A stretch of DNA of 63,479 nt, counting the filler, from Octopus bimaculoides (lineage: Eukaryota): assembly GCF_001194135.2 (NCBI RefSeq). It is 8 parts of 8 records of this genome, joined end to end, with 100 filler letters (N's around TTAATTAATTAA, not from the genome) between each part and the next. Parts side by side here need not be neighbours in the genome. Positions count along the whole stretch, not along the records: positions 1 to 7,596 come from NC_069010.1; positions 7,697 to 36,286 come from NC_068982.1; 6 more parts are not named here. One strand, given 5' to 3'. Numbering within the stretch: the stretch's first letter is position 1; each line of letters opens with the position of its first letter. The notes under the pieces were generated by a model that worked only from the letters and a program-made list of their open reading frames with translations, did no database searches and had not been told where the DNA came from. Both the position numbers and the translations under genes were made by a program. Below, one piece after another: positions 1 through 12,850 of this stretch.

Positions 1-30
<30 letters not shown>

Positions 31-34
<4 letters not shown>

Positions 35-275
35 GGACTTATTCTTTGTAAGCCTAGTACTTATTCTATTGGTCTCTTTTACCGAAGTGTTAAGTTACGG
101 GGATGTAAACACACCACCATCGGTTGTCAAGTGATGTTGGGGGGGGGGGACAAACACATACACACACACACATATATATACATATATACGACGGGCTTCT
201 TTCAGTTTCCGTCTACCAAATCCACTCTCAAGGCTTTGGTCAGCCCAGGGCTATAGTAGAAGACACTTGCCCAAT
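31..275 (-). mobile_element. SINE family A, partial
   Basis: Homology to 2728-3223. Confidence 0.75.
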
Positions 276-842
276 ATATATATATAAATACTAGCGATAA
301 AACATGTTAACTGTATATTAATTATAAGCTAAAAGCTATATTATCAGTTGTGAACTTACCGGTGCTATTATATACAAGCTAATATAATTTCCTTGGGTAC
401 ATAATTAGGAAGTCTACTTACATAAAGGCCTTTATAAAAATGATAACGTGATCAGTCGGGTAGAACACCATGGAAAGGAATGAATAGTTTAATCACTAAA
501 ACCATGGTAAAATATATAGATACCATATTATCAACAATAGAAAGGGAAGATTACATAGAATTAGTTTAATATTCTATATTCACCAATGGAATACTGGGGC
601 GATAGTAGAGGCGCAATGGCCCAGTGATTAGGACAATTTAACCCATTACCTCCCATAATTCTATTAACTGGAATTTTTTTTTTTTTTATGAACCTTTGAT
701 TTCTAGCATAAAACAGCCTTAGAAACACGCTGGAATGATCAAAATAACATTTCAAAATAACATTTTAAATAGAAATAAGCGAGATATTGGGTGAAAAATT
801 AGCAAACCTCATTTGAATATCAGAGAAATATACCTAGTAGAT

Positions 843-1135
843 GTGGAGGCGCAATGGCCCAGTGGTTAGGGCAGCGGACTCGCGGTTATAGGTTTCGATT
901 CCCAGACCGGGCGTTGTGAGTGTTTATTGAGCAAAAACACCTAAAAGCTCCACGAGGCTCCGGCAGGGAATGGTGGCGAACCCTGCTGTACTCTTCCACC
1001 ACAACTTTCTCTCACTCTCTTTCTTCCTGTTTTCTGTTGTGCCTGTAATTCAAAAGGTCAGCCTTGTCACACTGTGTCACGCTGAATATCCCCCAAGAAC
1101 TACGTTAAGGGTACACGTGTCTGTGGAGTGCTCAG
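843..1135 (+). mobile_element. tRNA-derived SINE, family C (GGAGGCGCAATGGCCCAGTGGTTAGG head)
   Basis: Pol III A-box-like TGGCCCAGTGG and B-box-like GGTTTCGATTCC. The body matches the inverted copy at ~7310-7480; an isolated head copy lies at ~605-632. Confidence 0.75.
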
Positions 1136-1381
1136 GTTATGAGAGGTAATGGTGCCAAGAAGACCCAAAGGTGTCAGGTAACGCTGAGTAAGTGCTATGG
1201 ACAGACTACAGTAAAGCTCCAGGTTCAGTGATTATGCGAATGAGGAGTCCATTGTAGGTCATATATTAGCATGCTTATATATATATATATATATATAAAA
1301 CATATATATATAAGAAATTAACAGTATGAGATAAAAATCCAAGGTGGTGAAAGATTTCAGAACATTTATAAAGAGAAGGTG

Positions 1382-1429
1382 GTCTTACAGCTGTTTCCAG
1401 GATATTTTATATATCCCTTCATCAGAGAC
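1382..1429 (-). ncRNA. Minimal type-I hammerhead ribozyme motif (canonical core) in a Penelope-like terminal repeat
   Basis: Minus strand reads GTCT-CTGATGA-A-GGGATAT(ATAAA)ATATCCT-G-GAAA-CAGCTG-T-A-AGAC. Helix I GTCT/AGAC, helix II GGGATAT/ATATCCT, palindromic helix III ACAGCTGT, GUA cleavage triplet. The element runs into (TA)n at ~1277-1311. Confidence 0.75.
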
Positions 1430-2385
1430 GGTGTGAGAAAATGGTTAAGCAATAGTTATTCTAGAGAAGATATGAAATAGAGAGTGAAGTGGAGGAATGA
1501 AAACAGATGTGAGATATGCAGGGACATTGTATCTGCACTTCCATTATTTAAGCAGAATGGTATATTATCATTGTTTAACGTCCGCTTTCCATGCTAGCAT
1601 GGGTTGGACAAGCTAGCACGTATACTGCAGGTACAATATCTTGGAGGAAATGGAAGAAAAACAGAAGTCGTGATGGTACACTCTACAATATTCTGGCCAT
1701 ATTTTCAGAGCTGAGAAGCTTGGTGGTCATACCTTTGTGTGTTCAGTGGAAAGAAAATGAGCTGATAGGCAATAAAGTCTGAAATAGAGTGTTGACATCA
1801 AGGACCAGACAGGGAGTGGGAACCTGGTACAATGGACAGGTGAGGAATAGGGGTGGTCTGTGAGATCACCCCTGGTTCTGGTCCTCACGCATTTTAAATA
1901 GAGATGGGTATGTTTGTTTATCGATGAATAGGTAGGTGGTAGGTAGATCGACAGATAGATAGTTAGAGAGAGAGAGGGGGGAAGAGAAAGAGAGATGGTA
2001 GTGAGATATAGACAGATAGAGACAAGTAGATAGCTAGATAAAGAAAGTAATAGATTATTTACATTATTTACATTTGACGGATATTTGTCTTCAAATGAAC
2101 CATAACCTTGGACCCTGCCATAAGATTATCTGGAGTTCTTCACTAATCTAAACAATATCGTTAACCTGGCGTGCCAACAGAGAGCTAATCCCTTGTTATT
2201 TGTTATGTATGTATGTATGTATGTATGTAGGTAGGTTGGTACACGTAGAAATAGTGTAATAGATAGACACATAGACAGATAGATAGGTACACGTAGAAAT
2301 AGACAGACATAGATACAAACAAGTATAGATGAACAGACAGACAGATAGATAGATACATGTAGGGATAGATAGAGAGATAAACAGC

Positions 2386-2429
<44 letters not shown>

Positions 2430-2727
2430 GAGAGAGCAAGCACTCATGCATGTAAATGTGTGAAAGCTAAGTTGTTTTGAAATATTGTAAACAAATTGTT
2501 CTGAGTGGTAATATCGGTCAGAATGAATAACGAGGTAGAAATGAGATATCCGAAAGAAAGCAGGGAAAACAGCTGTTTATCGGAAGCAAGAGATGGGGGT
2601 GCGCTGGTATTGAGATATGATAATGATTAGGATGGTGGGCGGTGGGGCTCAAGTAATTGAGGTGGGAAGGAAAGTAGAGTTAGAAATGGTAAGAAATAAG
2701 CGAAAGTTGATGCCAAAAATGTCATAG

Positions 2728-2897
2728 TCGCATGAGTGGCTGTGTGGTAAGTAGCTTTCTTACCAACCACATGGTTCCGGGTTCAGTCCCACTGCGTGGC
2801 ACCTTGGGCAAGTGTCTTCTACTACAGCCTCGGGCCGACCAAAGCCTTGTGAGTGGATTTGGTAGACGAAAACTGAAAGAAGCCCGTCGTATATATG

Positions 2898-2987
<90 letters not shown>

Positions 2988-3223
2988 TAAATATGTATGT
3001 GTGTGTATATGTTTGTGTGTCTGTGTTTGTCCCCCCAACATCGCTTGACAACCGATGCTGGTGTGTTTACGTCCCCGTAACTTAGCGGTTCGGCAAAAAG
3101 AGACCGATAGAATAAGTACTAGGCTTACAAAGAATAAGTCCTAGGGTCGATTTTCTCGACAAAAGGCGGTGCTCCAGCATGGCCGCAGTCAAATGGCTGA
3201 AACAAATAAAAGAGTGAAAGAGT
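2728..3223 (+). mobile_element. Full-length tRNA-derived SINE, family A (CORE-like centre, internal microsatellite, LINE-like tail)
   Basis: Head tggctgtgtggtaag...gggttcagtccc, then ccttgggcaagtgtctt, an internal (TA)/(TG) tract, and tail ggcggtgctccagcatggccgcagtcaaatggctgaaac. Roughly 15 further full or partial copies in the window. Confidence 0.85.
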
Positions 3224-3589
3224 GATAGTATGTTTATTAACGAAATGAATGACAAGTGGTGGAAGAGTGGTTTGGACAAGACCTATCCAACCCACACTTG
3301 TGTGTGACAAGATTTCTGTTTGTCTGTCCTGGACGCCTGTCCCTCAATCTACATTTGCTCTATATAGACATATTATAGTTTTTTTGGAATCGGGATGATC
3401 TCGGGATTGGAAATCTGCCCCCGCCCCATTTGGGTTTTGAACATCCAGCATTAGGACCTAATTAAAAAAAAAAAATTGAGGCTGCTATTTCTAGCAGGTA
3501 AAGCTTAGCTGATGACAGGTGAGACAACAACAAGCAGGTGTATTAGTTTGACGTTTTTTTCTTCTTTTATTCTTTTACTTGTTTCAGTT

Positions 3590-3835
3590 AAATTTTGGGG
3601 ATGTAAACACACCAACACCGGTTGTCAGGTAGTGGTAGTGGGGAACAAACACAGACACACACACACACACACACACACACATTATGTACGATGGGCTTCT
3701 TTCAGTTTCCGTCTACCAAATCCACCCCTAAGACTTTGATGGGCCCGAGGGTAGATCACTTAGCGAAGGTGTTACGCAGAGGGACTGAACACAGAACCTT
3801 ATGGTTGGGAGGCGAGCTTCTTACCATACAGCCAT
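3590..3835 (-). mobile_element. SINE family A, partial
   Basis: Homology to 2728-3223. Confidence 0.7.
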
Positions 3836-4217
3836 ATCAATACCTCTTCTCGTTCACCACGTCCGTAAATGGCTATATATAAAATATACGTGTGTGTAAA
3901 CATACGCAAAAACTAAATAAACAGGTCTCCTGAATTAACAAATAAGTGGCCGAGTATTCCAGTCACATATTTTAATGGGATCAGCATAACACAGCGTGTG
4001 ACAAGGCTCTACCCTAGTGAATGCACGTGACAGGGTTTCTATACAGTTTCCATTTACCCCAAATCCACGTACAAAGTCTGGGTTTTGTTGAGGCAACGGT
4101 AACAGGCATAAAGCCCCAAGACGTCACACTGCACGATCGAACCCAGGATACGGTTATCGTGAACTTTTTAACCATTCTGCCAGGCTTGCCAGCATTCACG
4201 CACGTGTTGGTATGCGT

Positions 4218-4279
<62 letters not shown>

Positions 4280-5821
4280 NNNNNNNNNNNNNNNNNNNNN
4301 NNNNNNNNNNNNNNNNNNNNNNNNNNNNNNNNNNNNNNNNNNNNNNNNNNNNNNNNNNNNNNNNNNNNNNNNNNNNNNNNNNNNNNNNNNNNNNNNNNNN
4401 NNNNNNNNNNNNNNNNNNNNNNNNNNNNNNNNNNNNNNNNNNNNNNNNNNNNNNNNNNNNNNNNNNNNNNNNNNNNNNNNNNNNNNNNNNNNNNNNNNNN
4501 NNNNNNNNNNNNNNNNNNNNNNNNNNNNNNNNNNNNNNNNNNNNNNNNNNNNNNNNNNNNNNNNNNNNNNNNNNNNNNNNNNNNNNNNNNNNNNNNNNNN
4601 NNNNNNNNNNNNNNNNNNNNNNNNNNNNNNNNNNNNNNNNNNNNNNNNNNNNNNNNNNNNNNNNNNNNNNNNNNNNNNNNNNNNNNNNNNNNNNNNNNNN
4701 NNNNNNNNNNNNNNNNNNNNNNNNNNNNNNNNNNNNNNNNNNNNNNNNNNNNNNNNNNNNNNNNNNNNNNNNNNNNNNNNNNNNNNNNNNNNNNNNNNNN
4801 NNNNNNNNNNNNNNNNNNNNNNNNNNNNNNNNNNNNNNNNNNNNNNNNNNNNNNNNNNNNNNNNNNNNNNNNNNNNNNNNNNNNNNNNNNNNNNNNNNNN
4901 NNNNNNNNNNNNNNNNNNNNNNNNNNNNNNNNNNNNNNNNNNNNNNNGCTGGGTTCGAACTCATTGTAAACCGTCTCAAGGTAACTGGCTTCTTTCGACA
5001 AAAAAGTCTTGTTTCGAATCGCGGTTAACGCCGTGGACCAGATCTTTAAATAAGGTTGGGGTTGCGGGAACTGAGAACCGACAACAGCAATAAGGGACGG
5101 TAATAGCAGAACCAGGAGCATGGTGGAGGGGGAAAACGACAGATTTCCGGGAGATTATGGTATTCCGTTGTTGATTTAAAACAAAAATTAGTTCTCAGGA
5201 TAGCTGGGTTAGCTAGAGTTCCTGTTATAACCTTTAGTATCAGCTGTTAAAGGGATCGACGATAGATGAAGAAAATAAAGGGTCCAGGTGTTGTTTTTAA
5301 AGGTCCTTTATTTTTTTCCGCTCTTTGTTATAAAGAGGGTGAGTCAACTTTCATAGGTGTTATGGTTTCGTGTAGGTTTATTAAAGAGAGGTTTGGTCAG
5401 TCAGTTGATCAGGAGTCCACTCCTTGAATAGAATATACTACTCACTCCTTACCGCCAACATTCAAAATATTCGTTCGCCTCCAGAGACAAACAGGTCCGT
5501 TTAACTGTTTGACTTCTGATAGGGGTGAACTCCCTGCCACAGAGACATATGGCCTAATTATTCCTGGCCGGGGCACTTGAAAGGGCCGGAGTACGATGGT
5601 GAACAGGTCAGGTTCGAACCCTGCGTCACTGTAACTAAACAATAATTGTTCCAGCACTGCCCATCAGCAACTTTTTATATCTCTGTCGTGTTTAAAAAAA
5701 CCAAAGAAGAGATAGAATGAAACGACAAGAGATTTTTCTGTGGTCGTCTTTCCTAAATTGTTTGTGCTTTCGACTATGACTTGTGGTCTTGTGGTGTTTG
5801 CTGTATGTGTGTGTGTGTGTG

Positions 5822-5859
<38 letters not shown>

Positions 5860-6368
5860 GTGTATTTGTATTTATATATTTGTTAGTGTGTGTGTGTGTT
5901 AATAACAATAAAATTAATGAGTGTGAGAGAGTAGGGTTAATGTCAGTGACAACGTAAATTCAAGGCTGTTCTTACGTAACCATAACCTGCTCTACAACAT
6001 TGTATATACACACACATTCACATGTGATAGGCCTATATCATATATACGTATGTGTGTGTGTGTGTGTGTGTGTTGTCCACTGATATTTGATAGGGAAAAC
6101 AACGAGCTTGTTGTTAGTGTATGTGTGATTATACATTTGTGTGTGTTACTGTCTACGTGTGTGTGTACGGATCTGTTATCACCACCGCTCTTTATATGAT
6201 CATAGAAATATAAAGACATATATGTATATATATGTGTGTGTGTGTGTGTATGTTTGTGCTCGCGCGTTGTGCGTGTGTGTGTATTATATATACACACACA
6301 CACACTATACCATCCACCCGATGACAATACACACTATCTTTATGTGTATGTGTGAGAGTTTATATATA

Positions 6369-6399
<31 letters not shown>

Positions 6400-6512
6400 G
6401 TGTGTGCGTATTTACGTACCTACCCTCACCACCACAACCGCCCTTTGACACGATCTAAGAATGAAAATATACTAACCACCCCGATGGTTAGTATATTCTG
6501 TGCATACGTATC

Positions 6513-6543
<31 letters not shown>

Positions 6544-6553
6544 GCGTATGTAT

Positions 6554-6587
<34 letters not shown>

Positions 6588-6699
6588 CTATCTATCAATG
6601 CATCGCCACCGTCACTCCTTCGCATATACCCGAGTCACTAAAACCAACCACCCGTCCCTTAGTTGTCAAAGCAATCCACCTGTTTCCTGGTGATAGAGA

Positions 6700-7100
6700 A
6701 CACTGAAGGAGTGGCTGTGGGAGTAGAAGTTATAGCGGTAGTAGCGGAGCTGATGATATATTAGCAGTGGGAGGTGATGAAATAACTGTGGTAGCGTAGT
6801 AGTAAAAGGAGGACAAGCAGTATGAAGAAAGAACGTGGTGGTGGGAGGCTTTGACATTGTGATGGTGGCAGGGGTGATGGCGGAGCTAGGAGAGTGATGG
6901 TGGTGGTGGTGAGGATTAATGCTTTGATAATGATGGCGGTGGCGGCGTACACCTTTATAGTGATGGTGGTGGTTGTGGTGGTAATGGTAGTAGAGGCGGT
7001 AGCACCCCATACGGAAATGATGGTTGTGCCAATAGTTATAATAGCGAAGAGAGGGCTGACGGCAAATTACCGTTAGTTGTGATAGGGAGAGGACCGTTTT
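6700..7100. repeat. Degenerate (GGT/GAT/GTA)n trinucleotide low-complexity tract
   Basis: 3-nt periodic G-rich sequence. Confidence 0.8.
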
Positions 7101-7309
7101 AACATCACTATAGCAACCGCACAAATCAATGTACTGGTCCCTATGGTTTTTATTGACCCCAAACCGGGGTTCGCATGAACCTCTGTGGATCCATGTCAGA
7201 TTTTGTTAAACTTTATCTGCAATAGTTGTACTTCAACAATATATAAAATATTTTAACAACTTTTTAAATACAATTTTAATCATAAAAATATATTTTTAGA
7301 CATCGAATG

Positions 7310-7480
7310 GCTAGGAGTGTGGTGGTTGGCACGACGTCGAGGGTTCCAGTTGATCCGATCAACGGAACAGCCTGCTCGTGAAATTAACGTGCAAGTGGCT
7401 GAGCACTCCACAGACACGTGTACCCTTAACGTGGTTCTCAGGGGATATTCTGCGTGACACAGTGTGACAAGGCTGACCAT
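7310..7480 (-). mobile_element. SINE family C, 3' part
   Basis: Reverse complement of cagccttgtcacactgtgtcacgc...gtacacgtgtctgtggagtgctcag seen at 1057-1135. Confidence 0.7.
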
Positions 7481-7696
7481 GGCTTATAAACACCTTCCAC
7501 GCTGCAATTGTTTTCGTTCCAGCACACGATCTCAGATCAGGTCACTTGCTATGCAAGTACATCTCCGTAATATATATATATATATATATATATATANNNN
7601 NNNNNNNNNNNNNNNNNNNNNNNNNNNNNNNNNNNNNNNNTTAATTAATTAANNNNNNNNNNNNNNNNNNNNNNNNNNNNNNNNNNNNNNNNNNNN

Positions 7697-7764
<68 letters not shown>

Positions 7765-8035
7765 TGTGTGTGTGTGTGTACGACGGGCTTCTTTCAGTCT
7801 CCGACTATCATATTTACTCACAAGGCTTTGCTGGGCTCAAGGCTATAGTAATAGGCACTTGCCCACAATGAGGCTGAGACCGGAACCATGTGGTTGGGAA
7901 GCAAGCTTCTTACCACACAGTCACTACATACATACATGCATACATATATACATCCATATATACGTACGTGTATAAATGAACGTATATTTACGTATATATT
8001 TATATAGATATATATGCACATATGCATGTATATAC

Positions 8036-8069
<34 letters not shown>

Positions 8070-8538
8070 GTGTCTGTGCGTGTGTGTGTGTGCGTGTGTG
8101 CGTGTGTGCGTGTGTGTGCGCGCGCTCTCTAACTTTAAGATATAAAGAAGCTTGAAGGTGATATAGAAGCAAACAAATGAATGGAATACAAAATACTTTG
8201 TAATATCTCGATTTAAATCAAATTATCTCTAAATTACGTTGTAGAGAATGAAGATGATTTCGTAATAACAATAATAATAGAATGATTCGAATGTTTACCA
8301 TCTGAGTAATACTGAACAATCACCATTGATTATATATATTTACAGGAAACGTTATGCAAATCAAAGTTTTTTTCCTCGGTAAACTTATTTGATCCGCTAG
8401 ACCATCACTTCCCTGATAAACAGCCAAAGGTCGATTGCTATGGGAAAGAAACGCGAATGTATTCTACCTTCAATTTTGTGATTGCAAATGAGGTCGGTGA
8501 TTTTCTAATGATTATTATATTATTTTTCTCTCATTCAG

Positions 8539-8650
8539 ATGTTTTGAGAATTTTTCATCTTCTGATATTCAGCCAGGGGAATATTGCTCTTTGTTTAGAC
8601 ATGTCTGGTTATTATATACATATAATTACGCCCTGTTCCACTTGAAGAAT
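8539..8650 (+). CDS. Candidate internal coding exon of an unidentified gene
   Basis: Acceptor ttctaatg..tatttttctctcattcag, donor AAT|gtgaga; open phase 2 to 0: CFENFSSSDIQPGEYCSLFRHVWLLYTYNYALFHLKN. A second frame is also open, so the frame is uncertain. Confidence 0.3.
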
Positions 8651-8902
8651 GTGAGAAAAGTCCAATTACATTAAAGTTTAGAAGTCTGTATTTTGTTATG
8701 AAGACATTTCATCATTCCAAGTTATTTATCCAGTATTTTCTGTACAATGAAGTTAATATATCGTTTCGTATAAACCATCCTGTCTTAAGGCCCGTTTTGC
8801 TAACATTATATGACTTAAGCAGACTACATAAATTAGAGTTTTCCAAGTAATTATATTATGAATATCTTTAAAGGAAAAGTAAAAATAATAGAAGTGCGAA
8901 TA

Positions 8903-9084
8903 CGAGGACGTACTGCAGAGTTCCAGGCTCTGGATAAAAGAACATACTGGAGAATCAGTTAATTATATGCCTCTTATATTTACGCATTTATTTTCTATTC
9001 CCTGTAAAATAACACGGAAAGTTGAGCCTCCAACCAGTTCTCTGATGATACCATCAAAGCGAGGAACTTTTCAGCATTCGCTCG
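8903..9084. mobile_element. Mariner-derived MITE (old)
   Basis: TA-flanked degenerate TIRs tacgaggacgtactgcagagttccaggc / rc tacgagcgaatgctgaaaagttcctcgc (19/28). Confidence 0.5.
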
Positions 9085-9974
9085 TATAACCGAAATCGTT
9101 TAGGAACATATCACTGTTAACGAAGTTGCTTCAAAATTGTAAAGACCTTCAAGTAATACAGAGATGATTTAATACAGGCAAAAAGGTAAGATCATCTAAA
9201 CATATTGATTTCAAGCTACACATCGCTGTCAAAATCTTGAGATAATTTCATACTTCCAGTTATATGCTAATTTTATATTCTCACATCTTTGAATGAGTAA
9301 GAAAGTATGCTTGAAAATTTCGATCAGAAACTACGATGCATTGCATATACTTGAAGATAAGCGAACGATATTTGGAAAAATATTTTAGGTATTGCGTCAG
9401 AAGATTATACAATATAGTAAGGAATGTATTTCGTCTATGTACATTGTGTGATTGTAACTCTACACATGTGTGCTATAATTTGTTTGTAGTGCATTAGTCG
9501 TTACATCCCTATATACATCCGTACTCGTTATTTGCATATTTAAATAAATGTGCATACGTCTTGTTGCATACGCGTGTCTTAGTGGTCACAGTATCTGGTT
9601 TCTATTCATAAGGGCGGAGAAAGAAATTCTGAAGTATCTGCAGTGTTGTGAAATTGAACAAGACACTTCATTTCATGATTCTCCAGTCTATATAGTTGAA
9701 ACGTGTACCTGAAAGATATAGACTCATTTTCCACTCTACATTTCCCGCATTCTGGATGTTCTTCTCTACCAAAAATGAAGGGGCTGAAAGCGTGTTAAAC
9801 ATGTCCCGCCGTAACATAGTAACATGAAACAATTACTGTAAGATAATATATAACTACAGACTATGTTTGCTCACGCATGAAAACTAGGTAATATTTTGCA
9901 TATTAGTGTATCGTTAGTGTATCATATATCCCAAAAAGAAGCACATTCTAAACATAGAACACTTTTATATACAG

Positions 9975-10433
9975 TTTATATGCAGTTAAATATATGTCCC
10001 ATCACAGAGTGACACATGGTTTGGCATCAATAAGTCACTTAGCCCTATGAACGACTCGTCAGACTTCAATGATGGAGGGCGTATACCTCTTGAAATTAGA
10101 TGTAAAAATCCGTTACGCCATTGAATTCGTAAAGAAAGAGTAAAGCTTTCAAATGGATGAAGCAGGGGATTTTCCATTCATTGATTAGTACCAGAAAAAG
10201 CCCTTACGGGCAAGGGGTATCCTAAGTGCGGATGTTCCCTATTCGCCACTTTAGCCATTACTGACTGTCAACTGAACTCGTCTAAGGGAAATAGCTCGCC
10301 CTAGCCGTTACGGATTTCGACTTCCAGCCTGAAGAGGTATATTTCCTCCGCCATTGAGGTTTGACGACTCGTCCATAGAGCTAAGTGCCCCATGGTCAAT
10401 GTATGACCGGACATATACTTAACTGCATATAAA
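9975..10433. mobile_element. ~460 bp foldback/MITE-like element
   Basis: Outer arms 9975-9999 / 10409-10433 match 24/25; inner arms 10036-10117 / 10306-10387 match 63/82 ungapped. Confidence 0.65.
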
Positions 10434-10749
10434 GAAAATAAGACAAACTAGAAAATGCTCAAATAATTTTATCATGAAATACATTTTGTAACAGATAGTA
10501 CCGGTTTTCGGTTTTTCGATTTCCGCAGCTAAGAGTAAAACAAGAAAAAGAATTTAATTGAAGAGAAAATTATATATGTTTTGTAAATATTTCCACAATC
10601 TTCAAATAGGTCGAACATTTTCCTTTTTTCTGTCACTTTCTTTTCTTTTTGTGAATGCTCGATAGGTAGTTGCAGATCTGAAGAAATGGTCTTTATGGGT
10701 GCAGAGAAATATATGGTTTTGAAGTTTGGTGGTTTAAACAGCAGCAGCC

Positions 10750-10837
10750 GAAGAAAGAGAAGAAGAAGGAGAAGAAGAAGAAGAAGAAGAAGAAGAAGAA
10801 GAAGAAGAAGAAGAAGAAGAAGAAGAAGAAGAAGAAA
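10750..10837. repeat. (GAA)n microsatellite
   Basis: Direct reading. Confidence 0.95.
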
Positions 10838-10896
10838 ACGTGAGTGGTGCGACCCAATAGTAGAGGCTGTCCGTGGAATCTACTTTAATTGTCAAG

Positions 10897-10913
10897 TGAC
10901 CTAAAAGTGACCT
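10897..10913 (-). promoter_or_regulatory. Perfect nuclear-receptor DR5 site (AGGTCA-N5-AGGTCA)
   Basis: Plus strand TGACCT-AAAAG-TGACCT, in sequence where I recognise no interspersed repeat. Confidence 0.3.
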
Positions 10914-12654
10914 GTTGTGGTTGTAGTAGTAGTGTAGGAACTGTTCTAAATAAATTCATGGGTAACGACTGTTCTTAATATATTTATCGTTTGTAATATT
11001 ATTCTAAGATAACTGTAGCAGTGTCATCTGAGTCGGTAGCATTAAAATACGGAAAAACAGAAAAAAATAGCATTAGCTGAATACATTGACATCTGCGCCG
11101 CTAATGAAGAACCCAATTTTCCCCTCTATAAATTTAGGGACAATGCAACCTATAATCAGCGCATAAGCAAAGAATCATATTTTATCGCAACATATAAAGC
11201 TCTTTTGAATGCTACCTCTACAGAAGACACTTAAATACTGATAAGTATTAGGAAATGTTAAAAATGTCAATGGAAATATTTTACAATCGAGGATGGGATT
11301 TTCATGCTTGGTAAACACGTTTCTCCCTATGGGTTTATAATTTTGTATTGTGAGATTACACTTTGAGGCCACCTGTAAATGACTGATCTCTGCAAAGTTT
11401 TGTACCACACAAAATTTACAAACAGATATAAGTTGGATAATTTGTTGAATATTTGAAGGAACAGGATAACACTTAACCGATAGTGTAGAAATAAAATAAA
11501 TTACTCCCTCCATACGATAAAACTTAACAAACATTGTTAATCCTCACTTAAGATTCTTCTCGCTTATCATGTGATTGCTTATTATGCTTGGCAAAAGAAA
11601 ATTGAAGGTTAAAGTTTCTACTGTGGCAATTATTGATGGGGAGATTGGCATTGTTTTACGTACTTTTTTTATTAGTTTGGATTATTTGTTTTTAAATACA
11701 CTCTTTAAAATCAATCTTGTCATAAAGCGTGATGAATCTAATGCGAGTATTGACAACATGCGTGCCACTATCCTCAAATCCTTCGATCTCAGATGTTTTC
11801 CAGCTATTTTAAGATTAAAAGTAATTGTATGGCAATACTCCGCCTATATCTTTCCCATTATTTTTCGCCGCACGGTTTGATATCCGTGCAGAAAATGTGT
11901 GAATACGTATGATTATTTGCTGTGTAATTTACAATCTATATACGATGTGTAAAAAATGGAAATTCAGCCAAGTCAAAAAGACTAGTTGTCTCTATTCTCT
12001 TGTATTGTTTGTACACTATGGTTATCGTTTCTTTCATTTGTTTTGAGAGGAAGATTTTGTATACAGTAATAGTTCATACTTTATTTTGCATTGTTTACTT
12101 TGAGGTCTACTTGTGCTATAACGGTTATATGCTATATAGTAATTGTGTACATGTGTGACTGTTGTTTGTGCCTTGCAGTGAAGTCTCGTATATTACTATA
12201 CACCGTTTTGCTTGTAAAAAAAGCTAAATTGCACTGCGTATTATTAACGCTGTCATTGTGATGCTTGGTTTGTAGATAAACGACATAGCATTAGAAAGGT
12301 TAGGATGCTGTGCTTGGGGAATAGGAGCAAAACGTGACTAAGGCATCGTATGTCGTTGAAATGTTACTTGTTGGGGTCAATGTTCATGTAATTATGTTTT
12401 TCACGTGGGTTATTGCAAACTCTGAGTATATCGTGCATTCCCTAGCTTTAGTAATCCTAAAGATAATTACGTTGTCGGTGTAATGAAACTAGTTCTTGTG
12501 TTTTTATATATACCTACGTAGATGGATGTGATATCAGAATTACTGCTAGTATAACTAACACTTAGAATGATGTGCTACATTTGTTTACAGATATGAACCA
12601 GTCAAGCATTCTCTGCGTTTATTTTTCGCATGATTATTATGAATTATTAAACGT

Positions 12655-12850
12655 CTGCGAACTGGCAGAGTCATTAGTGTGTTGGACAAAACGGCTTAGA
12701 GAATATTCTGCCATTTTCAGGTTCTAAGTTCAAATTCAATCTTTGCCTTTTATCATTTCATGATCGTTGAAATAAGTACCAGTTTTACATTGAGGTCAAT
12801 ATAATCGACTGGCCTCCTTCAACCAAATTTCAGGCCTTCTATCTATAGTA
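12655..12850 (+). mobile_element. tRNA-like SINE, family B (GGCGGCGAGCTGGCAGAA head)
   Basis: Diverged match to the copies at 48090-48525: ctggcagag..ttag..ttcaaattc..ctttgccttt..aagtaccag.. Confidence 0.65.

Noticed and set aside
843-910. tRNA-like sequences with A/B boxes (also the heads of SINE A and B)
   Set aside because: They do not complete a cloverleaf and continue into multi-copy SINE bodies, so they are not called tRNA genes.
11175-11880. 119-aa and 101-aa ORFs on opposite strands
   Set aside because: No recognisable motif or convincing splice or start context; within chance for this much DNA.
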